Of a DNA stretch of 64,000 bases, positions 26,188 through 36,530 are shown one piece after another. The position numbers and the translations under genes were made by a program. The notes under the pieces are model-generated. The model saw only the letters and a program-made list of their open reading frames with translations. It was not told the DNA's origin and made no database searches. Source of the stretch: Eubacteriales bacterium (GTDB taxonomy: Bacteria; Bacillota; Clostridia; Oscillospirales; CAG-382); contig JAZOTA010000004.1 in NCBI GenBank assembly GCA_045657425.1, positions 13,908-77,907 of the forward strand, given 5' to 3'. How positions within the stretch are numbered: position 1 is the first letter of the stretch; each line of letters begins with the position of its first letter.

Positions 26188-27027
26188 TTATACTCCGGAA
26201 TATGCGGCAAAGCCGCCGTCGACAGGAATAACCGTGCCATTAACAAATCCAGATGCATTATCATCGCACAAATAAATAAGAGTACCGACAAGCTCTTTCG
26301 GATCGCCGAATCTTCCCATAGGGGTGGCGTTAATTATCTTTTCAGATCTTGCAGTAGGATTTCCGTCAGCATCGAATAACAAGGACTTGTTTTGAGCAGT
26401 AACAAAAAATCCGGGTGCGATAGCATTTACACGTATTCCAACCTTTGAAAAATGAACCGCCAACCACATCGTAAGGTTAGAGACCGCACTTTTTGCAGCA
26501 GAATACGCAGGTATCTTCGTGAGCGGTCGATATGCATTCATCGAGGATATGTTAATTATTACACCGCCGTTTTTACACATTTCCGCGGAAAACACTTGAG
26601 TAGGAAGCAAAGTTCCAAGGAAATTCAAATCGAAAACAAAACCGATTCCTTTGGGATCAAGATCGAAAAAGGTTTTAACGTCATCGCATTTTTCAAGATC
26701 CTCCGGAAACAGATATTCTTTATCGGTAGTAGCTTTGGGATTGTTACCGCCTGCACCGTTGATAAGGATATCAATACTTCCGAATTTTTCAAGAACCTTA
26801 TTCTTTGCTTCTGTTAAATTTTCTTTATCCAAAACGTTAGCGGAAATTCCTATCGCGTTTCCGCCGTTTTGATTTATCTTTTCCGCTACCGCCTTTGCGT
26901 TTTCTTCATTTAAATCAAGCACGGCAACGTTTGCGCCGTGTTCCGCGAGTGCTTCACAGAAAGTAGAGCAAAGAACACCGCCGCCGCCTGTTACTATCGC
27001 GGTCTTTCCAGAAAACAATTTTTCCAT
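26188..27027 (-). CDS. SDR-family oxidoreductase (resembles the SDR-type mannonate/fructuronate or gluconate-5 dehydrogenases)
   Basis: TGGGGVLC Rossmann motif, NGAGG, and the catalytic S...YSAAK. The substrate is inferred only from the nearby uxuA/kdgK genes. Confidence 0.75.
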   Translation of the reverse strand: MEKLFSGKTAIVTGGGGVLCSTFCEALAEHGANVAVLDLNEENAKAVAEKINQNGGNAIGISANVLDKENLTEAKNKVLEKFGSIDILINGAGGNNPKATTDKEYLFPEDLEKCDDVKTFFDLDPKGIGFVFDLNFLGTLLPTQVFSAEMCKNGGVIINISSMNAYRPLTKIPAYSAAKSAVSNLTMWLAVHFSKVGIRVNAIAPGFFVTAQNKSLLFDADGNPTARSEKIINATPMGRFGDPKELVGTLIYLCDDNASGFVNGTVIPVDGGFAAYSGV

Positions 27028-27033
27028 AATGTA

Positions 27034-27828
27034 TTAACCAAGCTTTAAGCCAAGAGTGTTGAGCTTATCCTTAAGGAAGCCAACAGCCATACCGATATCT
27101 TTCGCAGGATCCTCGCCGCATTCACGTTCAACTGTAAGGTATCCGTCGTAACCGATATCGTTAAGAGCCATGAGATATTTATCCCAATCAACGCCGCCCT
27201 GTCCAAGAGGAACCTCAAGCCAACCGTGAGGAGTCTTGTCGGTAACAATGCCGTCTTTTGCGTGGGTATGAACGATATAATCCTTAAGAGTGTATACGCC
27301 TGCCACAGGGTCATCCTTTGCAACCATTACAAGGTTTGCAGGGTCATAGTTTACACGAAGTCCCTTTGCGCTGAGAGAATCGAGGAAGGATTTAAGAACA
27401 ACCGCTTTTTCAGTACCGGTTTCAGCAGCAAATACAGAGCCGATGCTATCCGCATAGGCTGCCAATTCAGCAGCATTCTTTCTAATCTTTTCCATTCTCG
27501 CATCTTCGGTTTCATAAAGATGTCCGATATGAGTTGTTACGATATGACAGTTAAGCTCTTTCGCTTTGTCAAGAACTCTCTTGGATTTTTCAACAATGGT
27601 ATCATCGTCAAGGTCAAGACCAAAGTCACCGCAAATCGCAGAGAAGATCATACCGTTGGAATTCATGATGTCGTTAACCTCTTTAACCTTTGCATCATCA
27701 AGATCCCATGCATTGAAAATACCGGTTGTCATATATTTTTGAACGCCGGTAGCTCCAATCTTCTTCGCGTTAATAATGCTGTTTTCAAACGTGTCACCAA
27801 CGAAGTCGGCGATAAGACCAATTTTCAT
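27034..27828 (-). CDS. Sugar-phosphate isomerase/epimerase (xylose-isomerase-like TIM barrel)
   Basis: 264 aa. AP-endonuclease-2/TIM-barrel pattern: VTTHIGH, AAETGTE, YDPANL, HTHAKD, LTVERE. Confidence 0.7.
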   Translation of the reverse strand: MKIGLIADFVGDTFENSIINAKKIGATGVQKYMTTGIFNAWDLDDAKVKEVNDIMNSNGMIFSAICGDFGLDLDDDTIVEKSKRVLDKAKELNCHIVTTHIGHLYETEDARMEKIRKNAAELAAYADSIGSVFAAETGTEKAVVLKSFLDSLSAKGLRVNYDPANLVMVAKDDPVAGVYTLKDYIVHTHAKDGIVTDKTPHGWLEVPLGQGGVDWDKYLMALNDIGYDGYLTVERECGEDPAKDIGMAVGFLKDKLNTLGLKLG

Positions 27829-27881
27829 AACTTTAACCTTTCTAAAATTGAAATTGTATTTAAATTTAGATCAACAATAAT

Positions 27882-28469
27882 CTATTCCCTTTCGATTATC
27901 GAATCGATAGGCAATCCGAATGAATCAAGGAAGTTACAAAGAAAATAATCAGCCTCCTGACAATTCATCTCCGTAATTGTGTTTAAAAGACGCTCGCCTG
28001 CGATCTCAAATTCACGATTTCCGTAATTCTTTTCTTCAAGGCATTTTATGTAAGCGGAAATGCGGTCCGCGGCTTTTATAATAACGCTTTCGTCGTCGGT
28101 ATGGCGGAATATATCAAGATAAGTTTCTCTATATTCCTGCGGAAGCATTTCGGTAAGCTTTTTAATAGACGCCGCTTCAACCGAAGAATACGCCTCTCTC
28201 GTTTCGGGACTGTAATATTTAACGGGAGTCGGTATATCGCCGGTTAAAATCTCGGGCACATCGTGAAAAATGGCTTTTACCGTAATGCGGTCGCAATCAT
28301 AGCTTTTGCCGAAATTCTCGTTTCCGATTACAGCAAGCGCGTGAGCAAGAAAGCCGACTTCCAAGGAATGCGAGGATAAATAGTCGGGTATAATCGAATG
28401 CATAATACCCCAACGCTTTATATGCTTCATACGAAAAAGCATCGAGTAAAACCCCTTATCCATCGCCAC
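27882..28469 (-). CDS. HD-domain 5'-deoxynucleotidase (YfbR-like)
   Basis: RW....SHSLEVGFLAHALA and FHDVPEILTGDIPTPVK, the YfbR-type HD motifs. Confidence 0.7.
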   Translation of the reverse strand: MAMDKGFYSMLFRMKHIKRWGIMHSIIPDYLSSHSLEVGFLAHALAVIGNENFGKSYDCDRITVKAIFHDVPEILTGDIPTPVKYYSPETREAYSSVEAASIKKLTEMLPQEYRETYLDIFRHTDDESVIIKAADRISAYIKCLEEKNYGNREFEIAGERLLNTITEMNCQEADYFLCNFLDSFGLPIDSIIERE

Positions 28470-28610
28470 TCTCCTAAATTAATAATTACTCATATTCTAA
28501 CATAATTTGTGTCAATTTCAATAGTTTTTTAAAAATTTACGCAGTAACATAAAAAAATCATTTGCATATATTGAAAAACAAATGATAAATGATATAATAA
28601 GGTGATACTG

Positions 28611-29387
28611 ATGAATTTTTATAAAATACACGCAATGGGAAACGATTTTTGTATTTTCGGAAGTCCTTTCGATAAAAACGTTCCCGACAAAGAGTTTATT
28701 TGCAACATTTGCGATAGACATTACGGTGTAGGTTGTGACTGCGCGGTTTTTATAGGTCGTTCAGACGTTGCAGATTATTTTATGCATGTGTATAACCCAA
28801 ACGGATTCGAGGCAGAGATTTGCGGCAACGCACTGCGTTGCTCGGCAAAATATATTTGCGAAAACGGTTATTTCAAAAAGCGCAATTTCGCCGTACAAAC
28901 AAACTCGGGAATAAAAAATGTTTCTTTCGGTGAAGATGGCATAACGACAGAAATCGGCAATGCAATCGTTAACGAAGTGAATTACATCAATGTTGCAGGT
29001 GTTAACATCCCTTACGTTTCAATATCGCTGGGCAATCCGCACTGCGTGGTTTTTGTTAAAGAATTAACCGACGAAGACTTTGCGTTTTTAGGAAAAAGCA
29101 TCGAAAATCATCCCAATTTCCCTTTTGGGACTAACGTTGAGTTCGCATATATTTCAGATCAAAATATTATAGAAATGCGTGTTTGGGAACGAGGCATCGG
29201 CGAAACACACTCTTGCACCACCGGTAGCTGTGCCTGTGTTGCTGCCGCAAACCATTTAGGTCACAGCTTTACCGAATGCGACGTAATACAGCGCGGCGGA
29301 ACCATAACCGTTTATACCGACGAAAACGGTATAATGAGCGTCACGGGCGACTGCACAACGGTTTTCAAAGGAACTCTTTTAAAATAG
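28611..29387 (+). CDS. dapF: Diaminopimelate epimerase
   Basis: MNFYKIHAMGNDF, first catalytic Cys in CGNALRC, second in HSCTTGSCA. Confidence 0.85.
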   Translation: MNFYKIHAMGNDFCIFGSPFDKNVPDKEFICNICDRHYGVGCDCAVFIGRSDVADYFMHVYNPNGFEAEICGNALRCSAKYICENGYFKKRNFAVQTNSGIKNVSFGEDGITTEIGNAIVNEVNYINVAGVNIPYVSISLGNPHCVVFVKELTDEDFAFLGKSIENHPNFPFGTNVEFAYISDQNIIEMRVWERGIGETHSCTTGSCACVAAANHLGHSFTECDVIQRGGTITVYTDENGIMSVTGDCTTVFKGTLLK

Positions 29388-29399
29388 CGGAGGTTTAAT

Positions 29400-30866
29400 A
29401 TGAATTTAAACGAAATTTTAAACGGAATCGATTGCAAAGTTTTCGGCAAGACCGAAGGCGTTACGGTCGGCAATATCATATATGATTCGCGCAAAGCCGC
29501 ACAAAATCTTTTATTCGTTTGCATTAAGGGATTTAAATCCGACGGACATTCTTATGTAAACGAAGTGTATCAAAAAGGCGTTCGCATATTTGCCGTTATG
29601 GATGATGTCGATTTACCCGAAGATGCAATTATAATAAAAACCAACGACACTCGCAAGTTTTTAGCTCTCGCAAGCGCGAATTATTTCAATCGTCCTGCCG
29701 AGAAATTAAACACGATAGCCATTACCGGTACAAAAGGCAAAACCAGCATTTCGTTTATGCTCAAAAGCATATACGAAGCGGCAGGTCATAAGGTTGGTGT
29801 CATCGGCTCTACTGGTATATATATCGGTGATAATTTTTACGATTCTGCTAATTCCACGCCCGAATCATATCTGTTGCACCAATATTACCGTGAAATGCTT
29901 GATAACGGATGCGATACCGCAATTATTGAGGCAACCTCGCAGGGATTTAAGCTTGACAGAACTTACGGTCTGAAATTCAACACCGGTATTTTTTCCAACC
30001 TCTCTCCCGACCATATCGGCGAAAACGAGCACAAGGATTTTGAAGAATACCTTGGTTGCAAGAAGATGATTTTTGATCAATGTGAAACGGTTGTCGTAAA
30101 TGCCGATTCGGACAACTATGAAAAGATTATCGAAGGCGCTTCTTGCCGAATTAAGACAATCAGCGGCAACAAAACCGCCGATTTCACCTTTGATTCCCCA
30201 TTGTTTTCAATGTCGGATGACGGTTTAAAGACAGTGTTCAATTGCAAGGAAAATGACACAGTGAACGAAATCGGCATTAATACACCCGGCTTCTTCTCTC
30301 TTTATAACGCAACCTTGGCGATTGCCGTTGCAAGGTGTGACGGCATTTTGTATGACTGCATAAAGGAGGGTCTTGCAAAAACCTTTGTTAAAGGCAGAAT
30401 GGAAATTGTTCCGACAAATACCGACTATACGGTTATTATTGATTTCGCACACAATGAATTTAGCTGCAAAACTCTGTTTGAAACCATAAAGCTTTATAAT
30501 CCGTCGCGTATTATTTCGGTATTCGGTTGCGGTGGAAACAGAAGCAAGCTCCGTCGCTATGCTATGGGCGAAGTCATTGGAGCAAATTCGGACCTATCAA
30601 TTATCACTTCCGACAACTCAAGGTTTGAAAAGGTAGAAGACATAATCGATGACATTTTAATCGGAATGCACAAAACAGACGGAAAATATGTCATTCTTCC
30701 CAAGCGCCGTGATGCAATAAAAGAAGCCCTACGAATTGCTTCGAAGGGCGACATAGTTTTACTTATCGGTAAAGGACACGAAATGTACGAAGAAATCGAA
30801 GGGATTCAATATCCGTTTGATGAACGAGAGGTAGTTTTCGAATCGCTTAAAGAACTTCGGCAGTAA
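29400..30866 (+). CDS. murE: UDP-N-acetylmuramoyl-L-alanyl-D-glutamate--2,6-diaminopimelate ligase
   Basis: Mur ligase P-loop ITGTKGKTS, and the DAP-type DNSR motif near the C-terminus (TSDNSRFE). Adjacent to dapF. Confidence 0.9.
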   Translation: MNLNEILNGIDCKVFGKTEGVTVGNIIYDSRKAAQNLLFVCIKGFKSDGHSYVNEVYQKGVRIFAVMDDVDLPEDAIIIKTNDTRKFLALASANYFNRPAEKLNTIAITGTKGKTSISFMLKSIYEAAGHKVGVIGSTGIYIGDNFYDSANSTPESYLLHQYYREMLDNGCDTAIIEATSQGFKLDRTYGLKFNTGIFSNLSPDHIGENEHKDFEEYLGCKKMIFDQCETVVVNADSDNYEKIIEGASCRIKTISGNKTADFTFDSPLFSMSDDGLKTVFNCKENDTVNEIGINTPGFFSLYNATLAIAVARCDGILYDCIKEGLAKTFVKGRMEIVPTNTDYTVIIDFAHNEFSCKTLFETIKLYNPSRIISVFGCGGNRSKLRRYAMGEVIGANSDLSIITSDNSRFEKVEDIIDDILIGMHKTDGKYVILPKRRDAIKEALRIASKGDIVLLIGKGHEMYEEIEGIQYPFDEREVVFESLKELRQ

Positions 30867-31491
30867 GACGATTTATAAGAAAACCTTTTTCCGAAAAATT
30901 CTTTTCATATTCGGTTTCTATATTGTCTTTATTGAAAATACGGTCACTGTGCAGATCAAAGCAAACGTCCGATACTTTAAAGCCGTTTTCAACAAAGCTT
31001 TCAAGCGAATAATCAAACAGACCTTTATTGTCTGTCTTAAAGAATATCTTGCCCTTCGGGGCAAGTATTTTTTTATACTTTTCCAAGAACAACGGGCTTG
31101 TCAAACGACGCTTTGCATTGCGTTTTTTGGGCCACGGATCGGAAAAGTTCAAATACAAGCGCGAAACAGAACCCTCGGGTATGATATCCGCAATGTTTTC
31201 GGCGTTTGCATTCAAAAAACAAATATTTTTCGTACCTTCCCTTTCGGCTTTTTCCATTGCCATCATAAGCACGTCGGGTACAAGCTCGACAGCCAAAAGA
31301 CGTTTATCGGGATATTGCTCGGAAAGGCCAATTATAAACGCGCCTTTTCCGCAACCTATTTCAAGGAACAATTCAGAATCAAATGAAAACGATTTATCAA
31401 GGTCAACAACACCATTTTCGTTTTGGTGTACGAAAAGATGCTCAACCTTTTGCATTCTTTTATCCCTGTTCTTTTTTGGTCTCATTCTCAT
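30847..31491 (-). CDS. trmB: tRNA (guanine46-N7)-methyltransferase
   Basis: LEIGCGKGAFI SAM motif and LNFSDPWPKKRNAKRRL. Start placed at MRMRPKK (31491). Confidence 0.85.
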   Translation of the reverse strand: MRMRPKKNRDKRMQKVEHLFVHQNENGVVDLDKSFSFDSELFLEIGCGKGAFIIGLSEQYPDKRLLAVELVPDVLMMAMEKAEREGTKNICFLNANAENIADIIPEGSVSRLYLNFSDPWPKKRNAKRRLTSPLFLEKYKKILAPKGKIFFKTDNKGLFDYSLESFVENGFKVSDVCFDLHSDRIFNKDNIETEYEKNFSEKGFLINRLTAEVL

Positions 31492-31613
31492 AAAAAGACA
31501 CCTCGTTTTTTGCAAATTAATTAATCTACAAAATATAATAACCAAAATTTACAATAAAGTCAATGAATATTTATTTTTAGTCAGAGCAAAATATATTACA
31601 AGGAGGATGAATT

Positions 31614-31829
31614 ATGATACTTGACAGAATAGCATTATTCCTTTGTATTGTCGGCGCTATCAACTGGGGTTCTATCGGACTTTTCAGCTTTGATATCGTT
31701 GCATGGATATTCGGCGGACAAGGCGATATCTTCAGCAGAATCGTTTATACGCTCGTAGCAATAAGCGGACTCTGGCTTACTTCTCTCTTCTTCAGAAGCA
31801 GAGAAACTACACCCGCACTTGAATCGTAA
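31614..31829 (+). CDS. DUF378-family small membrane protein
   Basis: IALFLCIVGAINWGSIGLFSFDIVAWIFGG matches the DUF378 signature. 71 aa with two TM segments. Confidence 0.7.
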   Translation: MILDRIALFLCIVGAINWGSIGLFSFDIVAWIFGGQGDIFSRIVYTLVAISGLWLTSLFFRSRETTPALES

Positions 31830-31844
31830 CGAATAAGGTTATTA

Positions 31845-31880
31845 AATATCGCTTCCGTTTGGGAGCGATATTTTTTTACT
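31845..31880 (+). terminator. Rho-independent terminator
   Basis: aaatatcgcttcc-gttt-gggagcgatattt followed by a T run. Confidence 0.7.
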
Positions 31881-31948
31881 TTAACATAAATTTGACAATT
31901 CATTCTCAATATGTTATCATTACAGCATAATTTTTTCGGAGGACCGAA

Positions 31949-33862
31949 ATGAGTGTTTTAGTGTGTAGCGGCGTATCTTTGTCTTATGGCGCAGACGTCA
32001 TTCTTGACAATATAACATTTTCCGTAAACCCCGGCGACAAGGTAGGCGTTATCGGTGTTAACGGCGCGGGAAAGTCAACTTTGTTTTCTATAATCAGAGG
32101 CAATCTCGAAACAACAAAAGGTGACGTTTTTATTTCAAACGGAGCAGAAATCGGTTGTTTGGAACAAATCAACGACGCCCATCGCTTCAACTGTACTATT
32201 TTTGAAGCCGCTATTTCCGCATATTCTCATCTTATCGACCTTGAAAATAAAATTGCTTCTCTTCGCGAAAGAATGGAAAGCGGTGATGAAACCGCAATCA
32301 AGGCCTTTGTTACGGAAACCGAACAATTCAACCGATTGGGCGGTAATGAATACGTCGGTAAAACAAAGTCTATGCTCGCAAAATTCGGTTTTAACGAAGG
32401 TGACCTTAGCAAAAACGCCGATTCTTTAAGCGGCGGTCAAAAGACGAAATTACTGCTTGTTAAGTTGCTTTTAACCGATCCGGATATAATGCTTCTCGAC
32501 GAGCCGACAAACCATTTGGACCACACAGCTCGCGAGTGGCTCGAAAATTATATTAATTCATCAAAAAAGACATTCCTTATTATATCCCACGACAGATACT
32601 TTCTTGACAGAACCACAACAAAAACACTTGAAATATCACACGGTATTTCGGAAATGTACGACGGCAACTACACAACGTTCCGTGCAAAGAAAAAGGCACT
32701 TGACGAGGCAAAGCTTAAGCATTATAACCTGCAACAAAAAGAAATCGCAAGGCTTGAAGCGTTTATTGAAAACCAACGCAAATGGAACCGCGAAAAGAAC
32801 ATAATCGCCGCAGAAAGCAGACAAAAGACCATTGACAAAATGGTCAAGCTTGAAAAACCGAAGGAAAAAGAAAAAGGTATTCAGTTCAAAATATCCAATT
32901 CGGGTGCTATGAGCAACGACGTTCTTTCGGTACGTTCGCTATCAATGTCTTATCCCAACAACGATCTTTTCAACGATCTTTCCTTTGAGCTGAAACGTGG
33001 AGAGCGTCTTTTTGTAATCGGCGAAAACGGTTGCGGAAAGTCAACTTTAATTAAGATTCTCACAGGAAGAGAAACGCAAAAAAGCGGTATTTTTGAGCTT
33101 GGTTATAATCAAACTATCGGATATTACGACCAGGAACAGCAATTACTTGATCAAAACAATAGTGTGCTTGATGAAATCTGGAGCGTATATTCCGATAAAA
33201 CCAACACACAAATACGTTCGATGCTTGCCCAATTCGGTTTTAGGGGCGATGACGTTTTCAAAAGCATTTCGGTTCTCAGCGGCGGTGAACGTGCTCGTCT
33301 TTCTATTGCAAAGATGGTCGCTTGCGGCGTAAGCTTGCTTATACTCGACGAACCCACCAATCACCTTGATATTGATTCCTGCGAAACCTTGGAAAACGCA
33401 CTGCGCGAGTATGACGGTACCATAATTACCGTTTCTCACGACAGATATTTTATTCAAAATCTCGCGACCGCGATACTTGAAATTGACAAAACGGGATTCG
33501 ATTGCGGATATTCGTTTAAAAGATGTACTTACAGCGAATATATCGAAAAGTGCAAGAAAAACGAAGTAGTTATCGAAAAGCGTGATGAAGGCGCAGGCAA
33601 AAGCAATTTCGAAGAAGCGAAACAGCGCAAAAACCAATATAGGTCTGCAAAAAATCGACTTTCTTCAACCGAAAAGGAGATTGCAGATCTCGAAAATCAG
33701 CTTTCTGAATTAAAGCTTAAAGAAAACGACGAAGCGATAACAAGCGATTACGTCGCGCTTAATGCGCTTTTTGAAAGCAAGAATGAGTTGGAAGAAAAGA
33801 TAGATAAGCTGTATGAAGAGCTCGAGCGGCTTGAAAGCATAATTTCATCTTACGAAGAATGA
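31949..33862 (+). CDS. ABC-F family ATPase (two ABC domains, no TM domain, coiled-coil C-terminal extension)
   Basis: Two Walker A motifs (GVNGAGKST, GENGCGKST), two signatures (LSGGQKTK, LSGGERAR), an inter-domain linker and a C-terminal coiled coil. Confidence 0.85.
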   Translation: MSVLVCSGVSLSYGADVILDNITFSVNPGDKVGVIGVNGAGKSTLFSIIRGNLETTKGDVFISNGAEIGCLEQINDAHRFNCTIFEAAISAYSHLIDLENKIASLRERMESGDETAIKAFVTETEQFNRLGGNEYVGKTKSMLAKFGFNEGDLSKNADSLSGGQKTKLLLVKLLLTDPDIMLLDEPTNHLDHTAREWLENYINSSKKTFLIISHDRYFLDRTTTKTLEISHGISEMYDGNYTTFRAKKKALDEAKLKHYNLQQKEIARLEAFIENQRKWNREKNIIAAESRQKTIDKMVKLEKPKEKEKGIQFKISNSGAMSNDVLSVRSLSMSYPNNDLFNDLSFELKRGERLFVIGENGCGKSTLIKILTGRETQKSGIFELGYNQTIGYYDQEQQLLDQNNSVLDEIWSVYSDKTNTQIRSMLAQFGFRGDDVFKSISVLSGGERARLSIAKMVACGVSLLILDEPTNHLDIDSCETLENALREYDGTIITVSHDRYFIQNLATAILEIDKTGFDCGYSFKRCTYSEYIEKCKKNEVVIEKRDEGAGKSNFEEAKQRKNQYRSAKNRLSSTEKEIADLENQLSELKLKENDEAITSDYVALNALFESKNELEEKIDKLYEELERLESIISSYEE

Positions 33863-33919
33863 ATATTTTGCTCCTGTTGATTATATAAATTTATCAAGAA
33901 ATCAAAGGGAGCGATTTAT

Positions 33920-34390
33920 ATGTTTGTATTCACTATGAAAGCTTCGGGCTTGAAATTTTTCGGAGTTTTGGCGCTGTCGGTAGCTTTACTCACAACAGCA
34001 ATCGGTATTTTACCGTCGGTCAATGCCGCCGCAGACGTTGCGTCTGTTGCCACGGATTTTAAAAATATTTCTACAGAACAGGATATGGTTAATTTCCTCT
34101 CGCAATTCGGTCATACAGTCGATCCGAAGCCGATCGAGGTTTTTGAAATTGAAATCCCCAAAGAATTCAACAGTGTTTTTGAATCATATAACGAGATTCA
34201 ACGTGCGCAGGGCCTTAATCTCAAGCGCTATCTCGGCAAGGATGCAACCGTATATATTTATAATGTAACAAACAGCGAATACGAGGGCGAGGTATTGGCA
34301 ACGCTTTTCATCCGCAATGGCAGAATTATCGCAGGCGACATTTGTTCCAATGAAGGCGAAGGATTTGTCAACGGTTTCGGAATTCGGTAA
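33920..34390 (+). CDS. DUF4830-like secreted or membrane-anchored protein
   Basis: N-terminal signal/TM, then FLSQFGHTVDPKPIEVFEIEIPKEFNSVFESYNEIQRAQGLNLKRYLGKDATVYIYNV, which follows the DUF4830 pattern as I recall it. Confidence 0.5.
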   Translation: MFVFTMKASGLKFFGVLALSVALLTTAIGILPSVNAAADVASVATDFKNISTEQDMVNFLSQFGHTVDPKPIEVFEIEIPKEFNSVFESYNEIQRAQGLNLKRYLGKDATVYIYNVTNSEYEGEVLATLFIRNGRIIAGDICSNEGEGFVNGFGIR

Positions 34391-34516
34391 ATATTATGCA
34401 AAATAGATAAAGTACAAGGTAAAATTTTGGGTAATTAATCACTTACATTTATCGTTAATTTTTGATATTATTGTACGTGATAGAAAATGAGGAATACCCT
34501 CAAATGGAGGTTTCAA

Positions 34517-35638
34517 ATGGCAAGTGTATTATTTAAGCACATTTACAAAAGATTCCCCGGCGGCGTAACCGCTGTATCCGATTTCACTCTTGAAATTCAG
34601 GATAAGGAATTTGTTATTTTCGTTGGTCCTTCGGGCTGTGGTAAAACCACCACTCTCCGTATGATCGCAGGTCTTGAAGAAATCACCGAAGGTGAACTCT
34701 TCATCGAAAACAAGAGAGTTAACGACGTTGCTCCTAAGGACAGAGATATCGCGATGGTTTTCCAGAACTACGCTCTTTATCCTCACATGTCTGTTTTCGA
34801 CAACATGGCATTCGGTCTTAAACTCCGTAAGGTAAGAAAAGAAGAAATCAAGCGCCGCGTTGAAGAAGCAGCAAGAATTCTTGATATCACCCACCTTCTC
34901 GACAGAAAGCCGAAAGCACTTTCCGGTGGTCAGAAGCAGCGTGTTGCACTCGGTCGTGCAATCGTTCGTGAACCTAAGGTATTCCTTCTCGACGAACCTC
35001 TTTCCAACTTGGACGCTAAGCTCCGTGCTACCATGAGAACCGAGCTTACCAAGCTCCACAACAAGCTCCAAACAACCTTTATCTACGTTACCCACGACCA
35101 GGTCGAAGCTATGACCATGGCAACCCGTATCGTAGTTATGAAGGACGGTATCATCCAACAGGTAGATACTCCTCAAAACCTTTACGACTTCCCTTGCAAT
35201 ATCTTCGTTGCAGGCTTTATCGGAACTCCTCAAATGAACTTCGTAAACGCAACCATCACCAAGCCCAAGGGACAGGATGATTGCTTCCTCGAATTCGAAA
35301 ACGTTAAGTTCAAGCTTCAACCCGAAAAGTTTGAAGATACCAATCTTGCTGACTACATCGGCAAAGAAGTTATCGCAGGTCTCCGTCCCGAACTTCTCCA
35401 TGACGAACCCGTTTACATGGAAAAATTCAAGGATACCATTATTGAAGCAAACGTTGAATTCACCGAACTTATGGGTGCAGAAATTTATCTCTACCTCAAC
35501 GTTGGTCAAGAAACCAGCCTTGTTTCCCGCGTTTCTTCTCAGTCCACCGCTAAAGCAGGCGATGTTATTAAGATTGCTGTTGATACCTCCCGTATCCACA
35601 TTTTCGACAAAGAAACCGAACAGATTATCTGCCACTAA
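34517..35638 (+). CDS. MsmK/MalK/UgpC-type sugar ABC transporter ATP-binding protein (orphan)
   Basis: MASVLFKHIYKRF..., [35 protein letters not shown], and a MalK-type C-terminal TOBE-like domain. Start at 34517 after GGAGG. Confidence 0.85.
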   Translation: MASVLFKHIYKRFPGGVTAVSDFTLEIQDKEFVIFVGPSGCGKTTTLRMIAGLEEITEGELFIENKRVNDVAPKDRDIAMVFQNYALYPHMSVFDNMAFGLKLRKVRKEEIKRRVEEAARILDITHLLDRKPKALSGGQKQRVALGRAIVREPKVFLLDEPLSNLDAKLRATMRTELTKLHNKLQTTFIYVTHDQVEAMTMATRIVVMKDGIIQQVDTPQNLYDFPCNIFVAGFIGTPQMNFVNATITKPKGQDDCFLEFENVKFKLQPEKFEDTNLADYIGKEVIAGLRPELLHDEPVYMEKFKDTIIEANVEFTELMGAEIYLYLNVGQETSLVSRVSSQSTAKAGDVIKIAVDTSRIHIFDKETEQIICH

Positions 35639-35656
35639 TTCAATCAATAAAAGACC

Positions 35657-35684
35657 CGTCCGCATTTCGCGGACGTTTTTCTGT
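35657..35684 (+). terminator. Rho-independent terminator
   Basis: cgtccgc-atttc-gcggacg-tttttctgtttt. Confidence 0.8.
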
Positions 35685-35749
35685 TTTATATTGCCTAATT
35701 TTTAATCTGTGTACTGCCAAGGCGTAGCCTTAACAATATATCAAACAAT

Positions 35750-36370
35750 TTATTCACTGTAAAATTCATCGATAAGATGTTTTATCATTTTTGCAGTCCC
35801 TTTTATGCCCAAAAGACTGCTATCGATATTCATATGGTAATTTTTGGGATCGCCCCAGCCCTTACCGGTGTAAAAATTATAGTAGGATGCTCGCTTTTTA
35901 TCTTCCTTTGCAATTCTTTTTCTTGCGGCAACTTCATCCATACCGTATTGCTCGACCAAATTTTTCACACGTTCTTCCGTCGGTGCATGGATAAATATTT
36001 TCAAAACGCCTTCATAATCACTTAAAATATCGTCTGCGCATCTGCCGATAATAATGCAGTCGCCTTCAGCGGCGATTTTTTTGATTTCTTGAGATTGAAT
36101 ATTGAAAACACGGTCGGTAAGAACCTGATTATTCATACCAAAATGCGGAATATTTCCGCTATAGCTTGATATAGCCAAGGAATACAAAAAGCTCGACGTT
36201 GCCTGCTCATCGGCTTTTTCAAAAGTATCAATGGGAATGCCGTGTTTTTCCGCAATCTTAACAAGTGCATCACGATCATAACAAGGAATTCCGACAAGCT
36301 CGGACAACTGCATTCCGATTTCGGACCCCATAGACGCAAACTGTCTGCCAATTGTAATTATTTTTCTCAT
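35750..36370 (-). CDS. Cytidylate-kinase-like family protein
   Basis: MRKIITIGRQFASMGSEIGMQLSELVGIPCYDRD is the typical N-terminus of the CMK-like (AAA_28-type) family. Confidence 0.65.
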   Translation of the reverse strand: MRKIITIGRQFASMGSEIGMQLSELVGIPCYDRDALVKIAEKHGIPIDTFEKADEQATSSFLYSLAISSYSGNIPHFGMNNQVLTDRVFNIQSQEIKKIAAEGDCIIIGRCADDILSDYEGVLKIFIHAPTEERVKNLVEQYGMDEVAARKRIAKEDKKRASYYNFYTGKGWGDPKNYHMNIDSSLLGIKGTAKMIKHLIDEFYSE

Positions 36371-36530
36371 AACGCCCTCCAAAACACAACATTATCATAT
36401 TAACTAAATGATAGTTAATTTTATCATAAATATCATTTATTTGCAAGTAATTTTTTAAAAATCAATTGAAAATCAGAATTATATATGATATAATGTATCT
36501 GTATATTTTTGCGATTGAGAATGATAATTT

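Noticed and set aside
34529-35665. 378-aa minus-strand ORF opposite the MsmK-type ATPase
   Set aside because: It is antisense to a gene with textbook Walker A, signature and Walker B motifs, and has no start context.
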